The notes beneath the pieces were generated by a model. That model made no database searches, was not told where the DNA came from, and worked only from the letters and a program-made list of their open reading frames with translations. The translations under genes were made by a program, and so were the position numbers. A DNA stretch of 64,000 nucleotides from Octopus sinensis (Eukaryota): the NCBI RefSeq assembly GCF_006345805.1, contig NC_042999.1, positions 63,550,001-63,614,000 of the forward strand. The letters run 5' to 3'. Below are positions 38,105-50,877 of this stretch, piece by piece; positions within the stretch are counted from its first letter, which is position 1, and each line of letters opens with the position of its first letter.

Positions 38105-38650
38105 GGTGGTGGTGGGGAAGGTACACCCTGACCTCATTACAGGGCTTTCAAGATTGCTAGGAAAGAGGAAGGAATATATCCTCAAACTGAAAACCCAGCC
38201 CAAATGCTTACTACATGACTAGTACCAGGATATTTAACACCCTAGGCTCCCAAAAATGTGCACCCACTTCTCCCAGCTCTACAACATGCACATCCTTCTA
38301 TTAGCCACACTATAATGTATTCCATCTCCTCACAGCCCTATATTGTGCATTCTGTCTATAATTTTAACATCATGCAATATCATTGACTAAATCTGTTATA
38401 CTCTTTACTCTTTTACTTGTTTCAGTCATTTGACTGTGACCATGCTGGAGCACCACCTTTAGTCGAGCAAATCGACCCCAGGACTTATTCTTTGTAAGCC
38501 TAGTACTTATTCTATCTGTCTTTTGCTGAACCGCTAAGTTATGGGGACGTGAACACACCAGCATCGGCTGTCATGCGATGTTGGGGGGACAAACACAGAC
38601 ATACAAACATATACATACACACACATACATACATACATACATATATATAT

Positions 38651-39637
38651 AAATAAATGAAAGAATGGAGTCGAACGAAGATGTTAACAAAATTCCTTTA
38701 CTCTCGACAAATGTTTCGAAGACAACGTGGTTTCATTCCAAAGGAATAAAGGGTGTAAGATGCAATCTTCTCATCAGGAAAGAAAGGGAGCCTCTCTCGG
38801 CAACAAGACAAACAAAAATTTCGATGACCGCCTACATGGTAAACAAAACGATAATGTGTTTTTTTAAAAAAAAACCGTTAGAAGAATTGACGTCAAAGTT
38901 AGATAGTAGGAAGAAAAGGGTTAAAGGAATGATAGGTAGGGAACCAGTGGAAAGGAAGGGTACGTTGATTAAGAATGTTCAAAGGCTTAGGAAAGAATTT
39001 CGTTATTGAAGTGGGGTGCACGTTAAGCTAATTGTTCAAAGCATGATGCCTATCGTAATTATTTGTATGAGTAAAAAGTATGTTTCTGCCAGTGCTTACA
39101 TTTATACGATTTCTCTATGAGTGTGTTTACAAGGGGAACCTTAGAGAAGAGGATATGGAAGAGCTCAGAGTTGCAAATGTTACAAAATCTCCTGCCCTTA
39201 TCAAAAGGGAAGGATACAGACAGTATGAACCAATCTAACTTGAAATCTATATTATTGTCTTTAAGACGCCAAACTAATTTACTTAGCCCTGTACTATGTC
39301 GTTTTTTACTATCCCTGAATGTTGAATAATGGTTTGAAATTCTCTTGGATAACTGGGGAAGATTGCATCTTACACCCTTTATTCCTTTGGAATGAAACCA
39401 TGTTGTCTTCGAAACATATATCGAGAGTAAAGGAATTTTGTTAACACCTTCGTTTGACTCCATTCTTTCATTTATTCATATATAACACACAAATTTCTGC
39501 AAATGAACCCGGAGTTTCTACCCTTGGACAGGTCACTTCAACCGTGTTTCTGACGTGAATTTGCTACCCTGGTATCGGTTCAACGAATTTTCCATGCTGA
39601 CGATAAACATAGGATAATTCATTCATCTATTGAAATA
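38651..39637 (-). mobile_element. Penelope-like retroelement, 5'-truncated, with inverted pseudo-LTR
   Basis: GIY-YIG endonuclease C-terminus (KRISNHYSTF...STGLSKLVWRLKD...CNICNSE...CKH, 39059-39357); 38651-38770 is repeated in inverted form from 39358. Confidence 0.85.
38695..38787 (-). ncRNA. Type I hammerhead ribozyme with long stem II
   Basis: Minus strand CCTTTCTTTC-CTGATGA-GAAGA..(~43 nt)..TCTTC-GAAA-CATTT-GTC-GAGAGTAAAGG; GUC site at 38708-38706. Confidence 0.8.
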
Positions 39638-39869
39638 CATATATATATATATATATACACACACATACATACATACAATGGGCTTCTTTCAGTTTTCGTC
39701 TACCGAATCCACTCAAGGCTTTGGTCGGCCCAAGGCTACAGTTGAAGGAACTTGCCCAAGGTGTCACGCATGTGGTTGGTAAGCAAGCTACTTACCACAC
39801 AGCCACTCCTATGCCTACTTTATCTGGCAAAATTTTAAATGTTTCATGCCAAATTATTGGACAGGCTAA

Positions 39870-40195
39870 TTCATGGCTCTGGTTAGAACGTCAGGCTCAC
39901 AACCATGAGTTTGACTGCCGGACTGGGCTGTGTGTTGTGTTCTTGAGCAAGACACTTTAATTCACGTTGTTCCATTTCACTCAGCTGTAGAAATGAGTTG
40001 TAACATCACTGGTACCAAGCTGTACCAGCCTTTGCCTTTCCTATGGATAACATCAATGATGTGTAGAGGAGAGGTTGATTTGCATGGGAGACTGCTGGTC
40101 TTCTATAAACAACCTTGTCCAGACTTGTGCCTCGGAAAGGAACTTTCTAGGTCCAATCCCATGGTCATTCATGACTGAAGGAGGTCTTTACCCTT
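39870..40195 (+). mobile_element. SINE group C
   Basis: Homologous to 12425-12745. Confidence 0.8.
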
Positions 40196-40440
40196 TCTAA
40201 CACAACACAACCTTCTCATCTACCCTATCTTCCAGAAGTAACCTCCCCTGCTCACTTGTGAGATATATTTTTTAAGTTGGTTTGAGAAATTCTGATTTAG
40301 TTGTTCAGAGTTTGTGTGGGATTCCCAGATTTTAGCATCCAAGATGGTTTCCTATTTTGCAGCTCTGCCCCTGAGGGTGGATTTAGTTAAAAGTATCCAA
40401 AGTGCTGGGTGATGCTAGTATTAAACTAATCAATGGTCAT

Positions 40441-40672
40441 TTTTTTTTTTATTGCCCACAGGGGACTAAACATAGAGGGGACAAATAAGGACAGACAAAG
40501 GGATGAAATCGATTACATCGACCCCAGTGCGTAACTGGTACTTAATTTATCGACCCCGAAAGGATGACAGGCAAAGTCAACCTCAGCGGAATTTGAACTC
40601 AGAATGTAACGGCAGATGAGATACCGCTAAGCATTTCGCCCGGCTTGCTAACGTTTCTGCCAACTCACTGCC
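40441..40672 (-). mobile_element. SINE group B, full length
   Basis: Reverse complement of the 26159 copy, with poly(A) tail. Confidence 0.9.
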
Positions 40673-41628
40673 TATATAAAACTAACCAATAGATTAAGAG
40701 TTACCACCTAGTTTAAATATTTTATTTCTAAGAAAAACAACCCCTCTAAACACCCAATACTCCATTATGACACTTCTTTGACATTTGCTGTCCCTTTGTG
40801 AACTCGAAATACTCTACTTCAACTCCACCCTAGTTAAGAATCCCTAGTGTAGAGCTCCTTCATTGGCTCAAGAGATCCCTATGACTTTCTCTTTGCATAA
40901 AAACTGCTTGACTAAGTATCTATGAGTAAAAAAGCTAAAAGCAAAATACACATACATCAAAACAGCCAAGTTTATTCTGTTTATTATTATTTATTTTTTC
41001 TTTAAGTTATCACCTTGGTTGAACACCAACTGTTGTCATAAAACTATTCACTCAGTTACATAGAAATCATTGTAGTTTTCTCGTGGCCCTTCCCACAAGT
41101 ATACCATGTGACATACTTTTTACAAATTTAAGTACATAGATTACTGATAGTCAGGCAAACCTCAGTGGAGGATTGTCGCTCTGAATGAAGCATAGTATTT
41201 GAAATAGTGAACTATAAAGGGAACTCACTGAACTTAAAACAAGTGGTGGAAACAAGTAGTCTCTATCAAGCAACTACACACACAAACAGACACGCGCACA
41301 CACACAAACACATGTATGTATATATATATGTAAAACCAAAACAATGTGTTGTTTGCATTTAACTTCTGCTCAGTTCATATGCTGCTATCTCAGCTGGTAC
41401 ATTTGACCCTGCTTTAGATGCCAGCTCAGCTGATTTTTGCTGGTACCAAAGATGTTTTTAGGGTCTTTCTACTGTAATAACACTACCAATGGTGATGTTT
41501 AAATTCAGTGTTGGCACATTAATCTGACCTGGTGGCTTTCTCATTGCGTGTTTTTATCACTTGGAGACAGTGAACTTGTTTGTCCAGAAACTGATTTCTA
41601 GAAATTTTGCAAATTTTTCATTGAGCTA

Positions 41629-41660
41629 ATGATCCGACAGATTTCCAAAACTATGTTCCT
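41629..41660 (+). CDS. Probable alternative first coding exon (MIRQISKTMF, phase 2)
   Basis: First ATG after an in-frame stop, perfect |GTAAGT donor, same phase as exon 21990-22064, inside a ~1-kb repeat-poor island. Confidence 0.5.
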
Positions 41661-42399
41661 GTAAGTGCATTTCTTTAATTTCATTATTTATAACTGTTTA
41701 TTTATATTTAATTGACTTCAGTTTCAGATTCAATCATCCACATTATATCTACTCTATTCAACTTTCTCTTCATTTTCACCATTTGTTATATTTTTGTTTT
41801 CTTTTTAGTTTATTTTCATTTATGTATTTTTTCCCCAATTGAATAGTGGTTCCATGACCTTTGCAGATGGGGAGTGTAGGGAAGGCGGAATATGGTGCAT
41901 ACAGTTTTTATTTATTATTTATATTTTTTTATGAATTCAATGCACAAATATATTGTCAAAGTCATATCAATTTTTTTCTTTGTCATTCTTTAAGAGATAT
42001 TTTTGGTCGTTTCTTTAAAAAGAACTTTTGTGTAAATATAGCACAACTTGAGTGGACTTAAGTACATATATATTTTTAATTCATAAGAGACTCTTATTTT
42101 CACATTTATAGCAAAAATTCAATTTCAATGTAATTACATTTCGGTTTCATGTTATCAAAACCAAAGTTGGAAGATTCTCTTCGGTTGTTTCATGCAAGAA
42201 CATTTTATTTGTTCTTAATAGAAAATATTGTGAACAAAGTCACTGAGACCTGCTTTGAGAAGAGAGAGATGGATGACATTTTCTCTATATTATCTCTAAA
42301 ATTGTGTGACATGTTTTGTTTTTTTTTAATCATTTTGACTGGTTTCTTTCTTTACCAGTGCAACTGACTCACTCTGCATGATTCAGTTCTCTCAATTGT

Positions 42400-42780
42400 T
42401 TACTTGAGGTGGGTTTGATCTTTATCTCTCCACACACGCCTTGAGAGAGAGATATGATCCTTGTCCATAGACATTTGTATAAAGTTTACCTTAAAAGAGG
42501 ATCAATTATCAATTTCTCTCTCTACTCTCACTGTGTGGTGTAGACCTTGATACAGAGAGAAAGAGTGTGTGAGACAGAGGTGATGATTTCTCTCTGTCCA
42601 TACAATTAAATGTAGTGTAAACCTTAGGAGAGAGGGGCCAATTTGTTTCTGTTCATACATATTTGTATAATTTGTACTTCAAGAGCAGGTGAGCCTCTGT
42701 CCATGCAAACGTTGATCCAGTCTCAGTTTGTCCATGTACACCTTGCAATGTTTACTTAGAATGAGCATCAGTCTCTGTCT
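42400..42780. repeat. Highly diverged minisatellite (~55-60 bp unit)
   Basis: Recurring ACCTT(G/A)A..GAGAG...TCTCTGTCCAT motifs. Confidence 0.4.
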
Positions 42781-44477
42781 GACCATCATTATCATTGTTT
42801 TATTGTCCACTTTTCCAAGTTGGCATGGGTTGGATGAAATTTATTGAGGCAGATTTTCTATGGTCAGATGCCCTTCATGTCACCAGCTGCTACATGCTTA
42901 CAAGCAAGCTAATATTTCCTGATAGCCATACAAGTTTTTGCAGAATTGGAAATGAATGATACTGCTTGTATAATAGTGACACTTCTTTACAACTATCTCA
43001 TGATAGTGACACTTCTTTACAACTATCTCTCAAGGAGAGAGAGACACACACACACATGCACACACACAGATATATACATACATATATCCTCTTCATCATC
43101 ATCATCATCATCATTTAGCATCCTTTTTCCATGCTGACATAGGCTGGATGATTTTACTGGATCTGGTGAGCCACAGAGTTGTAACTAGTGTCAATGTCAG
43201 ATATATATTTATATATACAGCAAGCTTCTTTCGGGAAACCTCTATTAAATTCATTCAAAACGTTTTGGTTGGCATGAGACTATAGTAGAGCACACCCAAG
43301 GTGCTATATAGTGTGACTGAACTTGCGACCATGTGGTTGAGAAGCAAACTTCTTTATCCCACAGCCATGCCTGTCCACATGCACAGTTTTTTAAGGGTCT
43401 TGTGTTCATAGTAACAAGAAACATTTATAACTACCAGCTGCACTACAGTGAGTGTCACTAAGTGATCACTCGATCTTTTAGAAATAATAACAACCAAATA
43501 GCCCACAACCATCTCTGAAAAAAGAAAGGACATGTTGGTTCATGTAATAGACCTTGGTATGCAAATGACAGCAGGATTATGGCTGGAACATCTTTGATCA
43601 TAGGTTTGACTTCAGTCAGGAGTAACTAAGCAACAATAGTCCATACTACAGAATTTTGGAGATGGCCTGGTTGTTTGATGTACAACTCTGTACTGAGGTT
43701 AAAGCATCAGAAGTAGTGAGTGTAAGAACCGGATGAGTTCTTTCACACTGTTATGGGATTGGTGTTAGAAAGGGCATCCACCTGTAGAAACCATGTCAAA
43801 GCTGACATTGGAGCACAATGCAGTCTGGTGGCTTGCTAGATTCTGCCAGACTGGCCAGCATGGAAAACAGAGGTTTGTTGTTGTTGATGTTGTACTACAG
43901 AACAAGCATGAAAGCCTGGTACCACTGGGTCAGTTATAATCGGAGCTTTGATGTTTATGAACTATAGAGTTGTCAATTCTTGGCAACACTGCATGTCTAA
44001 AATAGAGGTTCATGGATGAGAACCTAAGCATCTGTGTTTCATGAGGTTTATCTCAGGAATAATGGAGAACCGTATAGCTTTTTCTAGAGGATTAGAAGTA
44101 ATTTTTAAGTAAATTCTTACCCTGTATGTATATGTGGTGGATAGAGCTACTTATCTGTCCAAGGAAAGCTACAGTAACCTAATAGTGCAAGTGGCCAGTT
44201 ACATTTGATAAAAAGCAGAACAAAAAATTGTTCTGTTACACTGAATAGCTAGTATTATCATATCAGATAGATCAAGCTCCATACCAGATCAATACTGAAG
44301 ATCTCACTACATTGATTTTAATTAGACCAGGCAGTCTTCCTCAATTTCATGGCCCTGCTGTTGCAGCTACTACTACTGCTACTATTCTTATTGTTCTTGT
44401 TTACTCAGATGCACCTTACTCTAATTAAATATTCTAAATGACCTGAAATATTCATCTTGCCTTGGTTTTGTTGTCCT

Positions 44478-44665
44478 TTGGCAGAATGGTTAGCACGCCG
44501 GGTGAAGTGCTTAGCGGTATTTCTTCTGCTGCTATGTTCTGAATTCAAATTCCGCCGAGGTCGACTTTGCCTTTCATCCTTTCAGGGTCGATCAAATAAG
44601 TACGTACCAGTTACGCACTGGGATTGATGTAATCAACTTAATCTCTTTGTTTCTTCCCTTTGTTT
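44478..44665 (+). mobile_element. SINE group B
   Basis: TGGCAGAATGGTTAGCACGCCGGG...GTCGACTTTGCCTTTCATCC. Confidence 0.85.
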
Positions 44666-44672
44666 AACCAAT

Positions 44673-44754
<82 letters not shown>

Positions 44755-44989
44755 GACAGGTTTCCACACTTTCTACCAAACTTATTCACAAAGCATTACT
44801 CAGCCCACCTGGAGCTATAGTAGAAGACAGTTGCCCAAAGTGCCGTGCAGTGGGACGGAACTGGGAGCCACATAGTTACAAAGCAAGCTTTACATGATTG
44901 GATTTACTTTCCACTGCTGTATCTATTCAGGTTTGACCAACCATGTTGAGTTTTCCCTTATTGGCTCAACAAGAAAAGAAGTAGTATTG

Positions 44990-45400
44990 TTTATCCTTTG
45001 CCTGTTCCAGTGACTAAACTGCAACAATGCTGGGGCATCTTGAAGGGTTTAGTGAAACAAATTGACTCCAGAATTTGTTGTTGTTTTTTTTTTAATCTAC
45101 TACTTATTCTATTGGTATTTTTTGCCAAACCACTAAGTTACAGGGATGTAAACAAACCAACACTAGTTGTCAAGTGGTTGTGGAAGACAAATGCAAAAAT
45201 ACACACCCAAACACCATGCATACATACATACATGCATGACAGGCTTCTTTCAGTCTTTGTCTACTAAATCCACTCACAAAGCTTAAGTTGACTCTGGGCT
45301 ATAGTAAAAGACACATGACCAAGGTAGCGCATAGTGAGACTGAGCCCAAAACCATATGGTTGGGAAGTAAGCTTCTCAACCACATAGCCATGCCTGCCCC
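44990..45400 (-). mobile_element. SINE group A (older)
   Basis: Diverged reverse-complement match to group A. Confidence 0.75.
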
Positions 45401-45594
45401 TATATGTTAGAAGACAAAACCGTTGATCAGCTGTGGCTTCCACTGCATTAGTATCTGGTGCCCTCTTTACTTTCTTTAATAGTCACTGAAGAGAAGGACA
45501 GGTCAACAAGGGATCTTCTATATGGTCACTCAAACAGCTAGAAATATCAGTCAAATTTCTCTCAAAGCATTATCCTACTGTCTTTAAAAAAAGC

Positions 45595-45769
45595 AGGTGC
45601 AGGAGTGGCTGTGTGGTAAGTAGCTTGCTTACCAACCACATAGTTCCGGGTTCAGTCCCACTGCGTGGCACCTTGGGCAAGTATCTTCTACTATAGCCTC
45701 GGGCCGACCAAAGCCTTGTGAGTGGATTTGGTAGATGGAAACTGAAAGAAGCCGTCATATATATGTGTA

Positions 45770-45805
<36 letters not shown>

Positions 45806-46007
45806 CATATATATATGTGTGAGTGTGTCTGTGTTTGTCCCCCCAACATTGCTTGACAACCATTGCTGGTGTGTTTACGTCCCCGTAACTTAGCGGTTCG
45901 GCAAAAGAGACCAATAGAATAAGTACTGGGATCAATTTGCTTGACTAAAGGCAGTGCTCCAGCATGGCCACAGTCAAATGACTGAAACAAGTAAAAGAGT
46001 AAGAGAA
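45595..46007 (+). mobile_element. SINE group A, full length
   Basis: Same head, core and tail as the 30416 copy. Confidence 0.9.
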
Positions 46008-46876
46008 TGTCAGAATGATTCAACTAAGCCTGGAATGCCTGCTATCACAGATCTATTTGTTCTGAGCTCACCTGTGGTCAAACAACAACTAACTTTTGAA
46101 AAGAAAGAATAGGACGGTGGAGGTGAGGAACAGTCATTTCTTTAGTGAAGCTTTATGGAAGGGGGATGGGAGGGACGAGTGTGACATTGGTGGATAACTT
46201 GACAACATTCCAGATTCACCTATAAACTGGAGAAATGTCTAGAACTGAGGACAGTAGAGGTTGTTTTTTAACTCCAGGTCAACATTGAACCAGCCCACTT
46301 ATGATCAAAGAGGTTCCAGTAGTAACCATCTCGTCTTTATTTTAGACATATTTAAAATCACATTCCAATTTGTCCCTCTGCTCTTTTTTTTTTCTTCTAA
46401 ATTATAGTCCAGCTCATTCAAGCACGGAAATAACATAATAAAGGATATTGATTGTACTGTGAACTAAGGATGATTTGGCTGCTATTTTAGCATATTCATC
46501 ATCATCATCGTTTAACATCCGCTTTCCATGCTAGCATGAATAATAATAATACTAATAATTTAGTAAAATAATAATAATAATACTAATGATTTCCTTTGTT
46601 GGCCACAAGGGCCCAACTCATTGAGAATGACATCAAAGGATGAAATCCAGAGACAAAAAGGTGGGGTTTACATCAGTCAAAATGGAAACAATGATAAGGA
46701 TATAACAAAAGATATAAAAGTAGGATTTAGAAAAATAATAATAATAATAATAATTTTAGCACAAGGCCAGCAATTTTCAGGAAAAGTGAAGGTCAATTAC
46801 ATCAATTCCAGTGCTCAACTGGTATTTTATATTATCAACTCTGAAAGGATGAAACGCAGAGTCAACTTTCAGCATG

Positions 46877-46909
<33 letters not shown>

Positions 46910-46911
<2 letters not shown>

Positions 46912-48886
46912 CATCGTCGTTTAACGTCCGTTCTCCATGCTAGCATGGGTTGGACGGTTCGACCGGGGTTCTGGGAAGCCAGAAGGCTGCACCAGGCTCC
47001 AGTCTAATCTGGCAATGTTTCTACAGCTGGATGCCCTTCCTAACGCCAACCACTCCGTGAGTGTAGTGGGTGCTTTTTACGTGCCACCTGCACAGGTGCC
47101 AGGCGGGGCTGGCAACGGCCACGTTCGGATTGGTGTATTTTATGTGCCAGCGGCACGGAAGCCAGTCGAGGCGGTGCTGGCATCGGCCACGAGTCGGATA
47201 GTGCTTTTTACGTACCACCAGACCAGGGATCCTGGCTGGTTCAATTCGATTTCGATTTCGCTTGCCCCAACATGTCTTCACAAGCAAAGGGGGTTGGCAT
47301 GGGTGCCTGTCGTACGGTCGCATTGGAGTATTTTACGTGCCACGGCCACGAGTCGGATAGTGCTTTTTACGTACCACCAGGCCAGGGATCCTGGCTGGTT
47401 CAATTCGGTTTCGATTTCGATTTCGCTTGCCCCAACATGTCTTCGCAAGCATGGGGGGTTGGCATGGGTGTCTGTCGTCGGATGAGGTTCTATATCGACT
47501 TCGCTTGCCTCAACCGGTCTTTGTGTCCAAGGGAGGAAAGGCATTCATAAGTGGGCTGGGCTCACTTGTCCTGCCTGGTCTTCTCACGTACAGAATATTT
47601 CCAAAGGTCTCGGTCTCTGGTCATTTCCTCAGTGAGGCCTAAAGTTCGAAGGTCGTGCTTCACCACCTCGTCCCAGGTTTTCCTGGGTCTACCTCTTCCA
47701 CGGGTTCCCTCAACTGCTAGGGATTGGCACTTTCTCACACACCTATCTTCATCCATTCTCGCCACATGACCATACCAGCGCAATCGTCTCTCTTGCACAC
47801 CACAACTGATGCTTCTTAGGTACAACATTTTTCTCAAGGTGCTAACGCTCTGTCGAGTATGTACACTGACATTACACATCCATCGGAGCATACTGGCTTC
47901 ATTCCTCACGAGCTTACGCATGTCCTCAGCAGTCACGGCCCATGTTTCGCTGCCATGTAGCATGGCTGTTCGTACACACGCATCATCCAGTCTGCCTTTT
48001 ACTCTGAGCGAGAGGCCTTTAGTCACCAGCAGAGGTAAGAGCTCCCTAAACTTTGCCCAGGCTATTCTTATTCTAGCAGTTACACTTTCAGCGCACCCAC
48101 CCCCACTACTGACTTGGTCACCTAGATAATGGAAGCTATCAACTACTTCTAGTTTTTCCCCCTGGAAAGTGACGGAAGTTGTTTTCTGCAGATTTTCGGA
48201 GGTTAATGCTCCCGAGCATCTGCCACATACAAAAACTATCTTCCCAGTTAGCCTACCTTTGACATTGCTGCACCTCTTATGTGTCCATAGCTTACACTGG
48301 GTACATCTTATAGAGTTTCTACCTACACCTTTTCTACAGATCGAGCAGGGCCATCTTCCTGAAGATATTTGTGGATTGTCTACCTTTCTACTTATTAGTA
48401 CTTTGGTTTTAGCTAGGTTGATTCTAAGGCCCCTTGATTCTAAACCCTCCTTCCACACCTGGAACTTCTCCTCCAGTTCTGATAGTGACTCAGCAATAAG
48501 AGCAAGGTCGTCAGCGTAGAGGAGCTCCCAGGGACAGCCTGTCTTGAATTCCTCCGTAATTGCCTGGAGTACTATGATAAATAGGAGGGGGCTGAGTACT
48601 GAACCCTGGTGGACCCCAACCTCTACTTTGAATTCTTCTGTGTTCCTCACCAGCCATTCATCTATCCCTAGTTTCCTCATTGACCACCAGATAAGGGATC
48701 GGGGGACCCTATCAAAAGCTTTCTCCATGTCAACGAAAGCCAGGTACAGGGGCTTATCTTTGGCTAGGTATTTCTCCTGCAGCTGCCTTACCAGGAATAT
48801 AGCATCAGTGGTACTTTTCCCTGGCACGAACCCAAACTGCATCTCATCTAAACTAACTCTCTCTCTAATTAGTTGGGCTATGACCC
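46910..48886 (-). mobile_element. Young 5'-truncated RTE LINE
   Basis: RT ORF plus complete 3' UTR and GAT-type tail, inserted at (TAA)n. Confidence 0.95.
47562..48886 (-). pseudogene. RTE reverse transcriptase (partial; RT + PHD finger + C-terminus)
   Basis: QFGF, FVDMEKAFDRV, GVHQGSVLSPLLF, YADD (48507-48518), YLG, RLRWYGHV, GRGRPRKTW; no endonuclease; the first ~20 aa of the listed ORF come from the flanking SINE. Confidence 0.92.
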
Positions 48887-48897
48887 TAGTTGGGCTA

Positions 48898-49115
48898 ATC
48901 CTTTCTATTATAGACACAAAGCCTGAAATTTGTGGGGAGGGGGACAATCAATCACATTGACCTCAGTACACAACTGGTACTTAATTTATCGACCCCCCAA
49001 TGAGGCTGAAAGGCAAAGTCAACCTCGGCTTAATTCAAACACAGAAAGTAGCAACAGGCAAAATACCTCTAAGCATTTCGTCCAGCATGCAAACGATTCT
49101 GCCAGCTAACCACCT
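48898..49115 (-). mobile_element. SINE group B
   Basis: CTGGTACTTAATTTATCGACCCC...GAAAGGCAAAGTCAACCTCGGC. Confidence 0.8.
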
Positions 49116-49789
49116 AAATAATAATAATAATAATGATTATAATTCTGATCATGAGCAGAAATAGTGGGGGAGCATCATAGCCATGTGTTGAAAGGAATTC
49201 TCAGAGGTTTGGATAATTCACCTTTGGAAACATGGGTGTTTTGTTCAACATCCTTAAACAATCCTTATTCAAGGACCATTTGAGCGGGATGGGCTACTCA
49301 ACCAGAAGAAAATCCAAACAGGGCCCCACCTGCAAGGTCATGCACTGTTTGTCTTGATATGAGATCACCATGTCGTGTACATATGGTTGTGATGCATGTG
49401 CCTAGAGTACCCTTATCAGACGGGTAGTCATGATGGGTATACTGGGCTTCGTATATTTTACCCCAGTGTCACTTTGATGGCATGCACTGCTCTCTCACTC
49501 AATAATAATAATGATGATGATCCTTGACTAGTACTTATTTTATCAACCACAAAAGGATGAAGGTCAAAGTTAACTTCAGTGGAAATTGAAGCTAGATGGA
49601 CAAAATGCGACTAAGCATTTTGTCCAGCATAGTAACAGTTCTGCCAGTTCACTGCCATGATGATTTCAAATTTTAGTACAAGGTCAGGATAATAATTCTT
49701 TCTTTATTGACCATAAGGGCTGCAAAAGCATCTGGGACAGTACAAAGAGGAAGGATAGTGGAGATTTATATAGAAATGTGTAATCAATA

Positions 49790-50003
49790 ATGATATTGTA
49801 TACAGAGCTCAGGTGCACCACAACTTGTCAAAACGTGCATATAAAGTATATGCAGTAATGTACAAATGTCTGGAAAGCGAACAGTGTATGAGTCAGATAC
49901 ATGCTTGCGTGTGTATGGAGGGAAGAAAATCAGGTGTAGTGTTGGCGAATCTCAGGAAGCTTGGGAGTTTTGAAGGATGCAGTGCTCTGACAACTAACAA
50001 TAA
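49790..50003 (-). mobile_element. CR1/L2-like LINE 3' end
   Basis: Homologous to 34500-34652 (CACTGCATCCTT...ACTACACCTGA...GTGCACCTGAGC). Confidence 0.6.
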
Positions 50004-50269
50004 TAGTTTGCAAAAACATCTTAAGAAGTAAAATCCCCTGTGGGGTGGGGGTGAAATGTCACCTAGGGATAACCAAGAAACCCCTCAGATCCTGAGCCAT
50101 CCTGCTCACCTGAAATACTATGGCAAGTGCTCCACTCTCCTCCATATTTTTTAGCCTATAGGCACCATCTTATATACATTCATTTACCTTTCAATAAATT
50201 TTCTGGGAGGCAGCTCTCTTATTGTATAAATTCTAGAAGCAATAAATACCTCAAAAACACAACAGTATT

Positions 50270-50430
50270 ATAAGGATACGAAAATATAATACAGTGATAT
50301 GACAACACAATACAGCACAAAACATTACAGCTATATAACATACTACAACAAACAGTACAATATTTGCCACACTACAACACATCACAGTAGAGCACAACAG
50401 TTTAGCCCAGTATCCCATATCAGTACACAG
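50270..50430. repeat. Degenerate pentanucleotide (ACAAY/ACAGY) repeat
   Basis: Direct reading. Confidence 0.6.
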
Positions 50431-50877
50431 TGTCAACACAGTTTCTGATTTCATTACATCTTATTCAGCCAGACACTGCCACTTCCCCCCCCCACACCAC
50501 CACCACCACCAAATTTACTGATCATAAAGATAGAAGATAGATGAACCATATTTGTTTGTGGCTTAGAACAGGATCTAGAATTGACTAGGAAACAGATATT
50601 TGAAACACAATATTCTGAAGCACTTCAATGCAAGTTAACAACTCCACTGAATGTTATTACTTTCAGTATTACTTCATCCGGAAATTTCATTTGAAAAGAA
50701 ACCATTTAATGCTTCCTGTAGCTTCTAAGATCTTTTCACTGCTGTACTACCATTCTTATCTATTCTTTTTCTTTTTTTTTTTTTTATATCTTTTATTTGT
50801 TTCAGTCATTAAACCGTGGTCATTATGGGGCATCATCTTGAAGGGTTTAGTTGAACAAATTGATATCAGTGCTTACT

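Larger units (their letters stand above)
38398..39815 (-). mobile_element. SINE group A split by a Penelope-like insertion
   Basis: 3' half at 38398-38650 and 5' half at 39638-39815 flank the insert within the central microsatellite. Confidence 0.85.

Noticed and set aside
38665-39009. ORF sharing its N-terminus (MESNE.VNKIPLLS) with ORF 39059-39463
   Set aside because: The shared start is an artefact of the inverted pseudo-LTR; only 39059-39357 is real endonuclease sequence
47809-48960. Plus-strand ORFs of 106-138 aa
   Set aside because: Antisense shadows of the RTE RT ORF
49143-49510. GC-richer block between (TAA)n tracts
   Set aside because: Probably a retroelement 3' end, but there is no second copy or motif in the window to support a call
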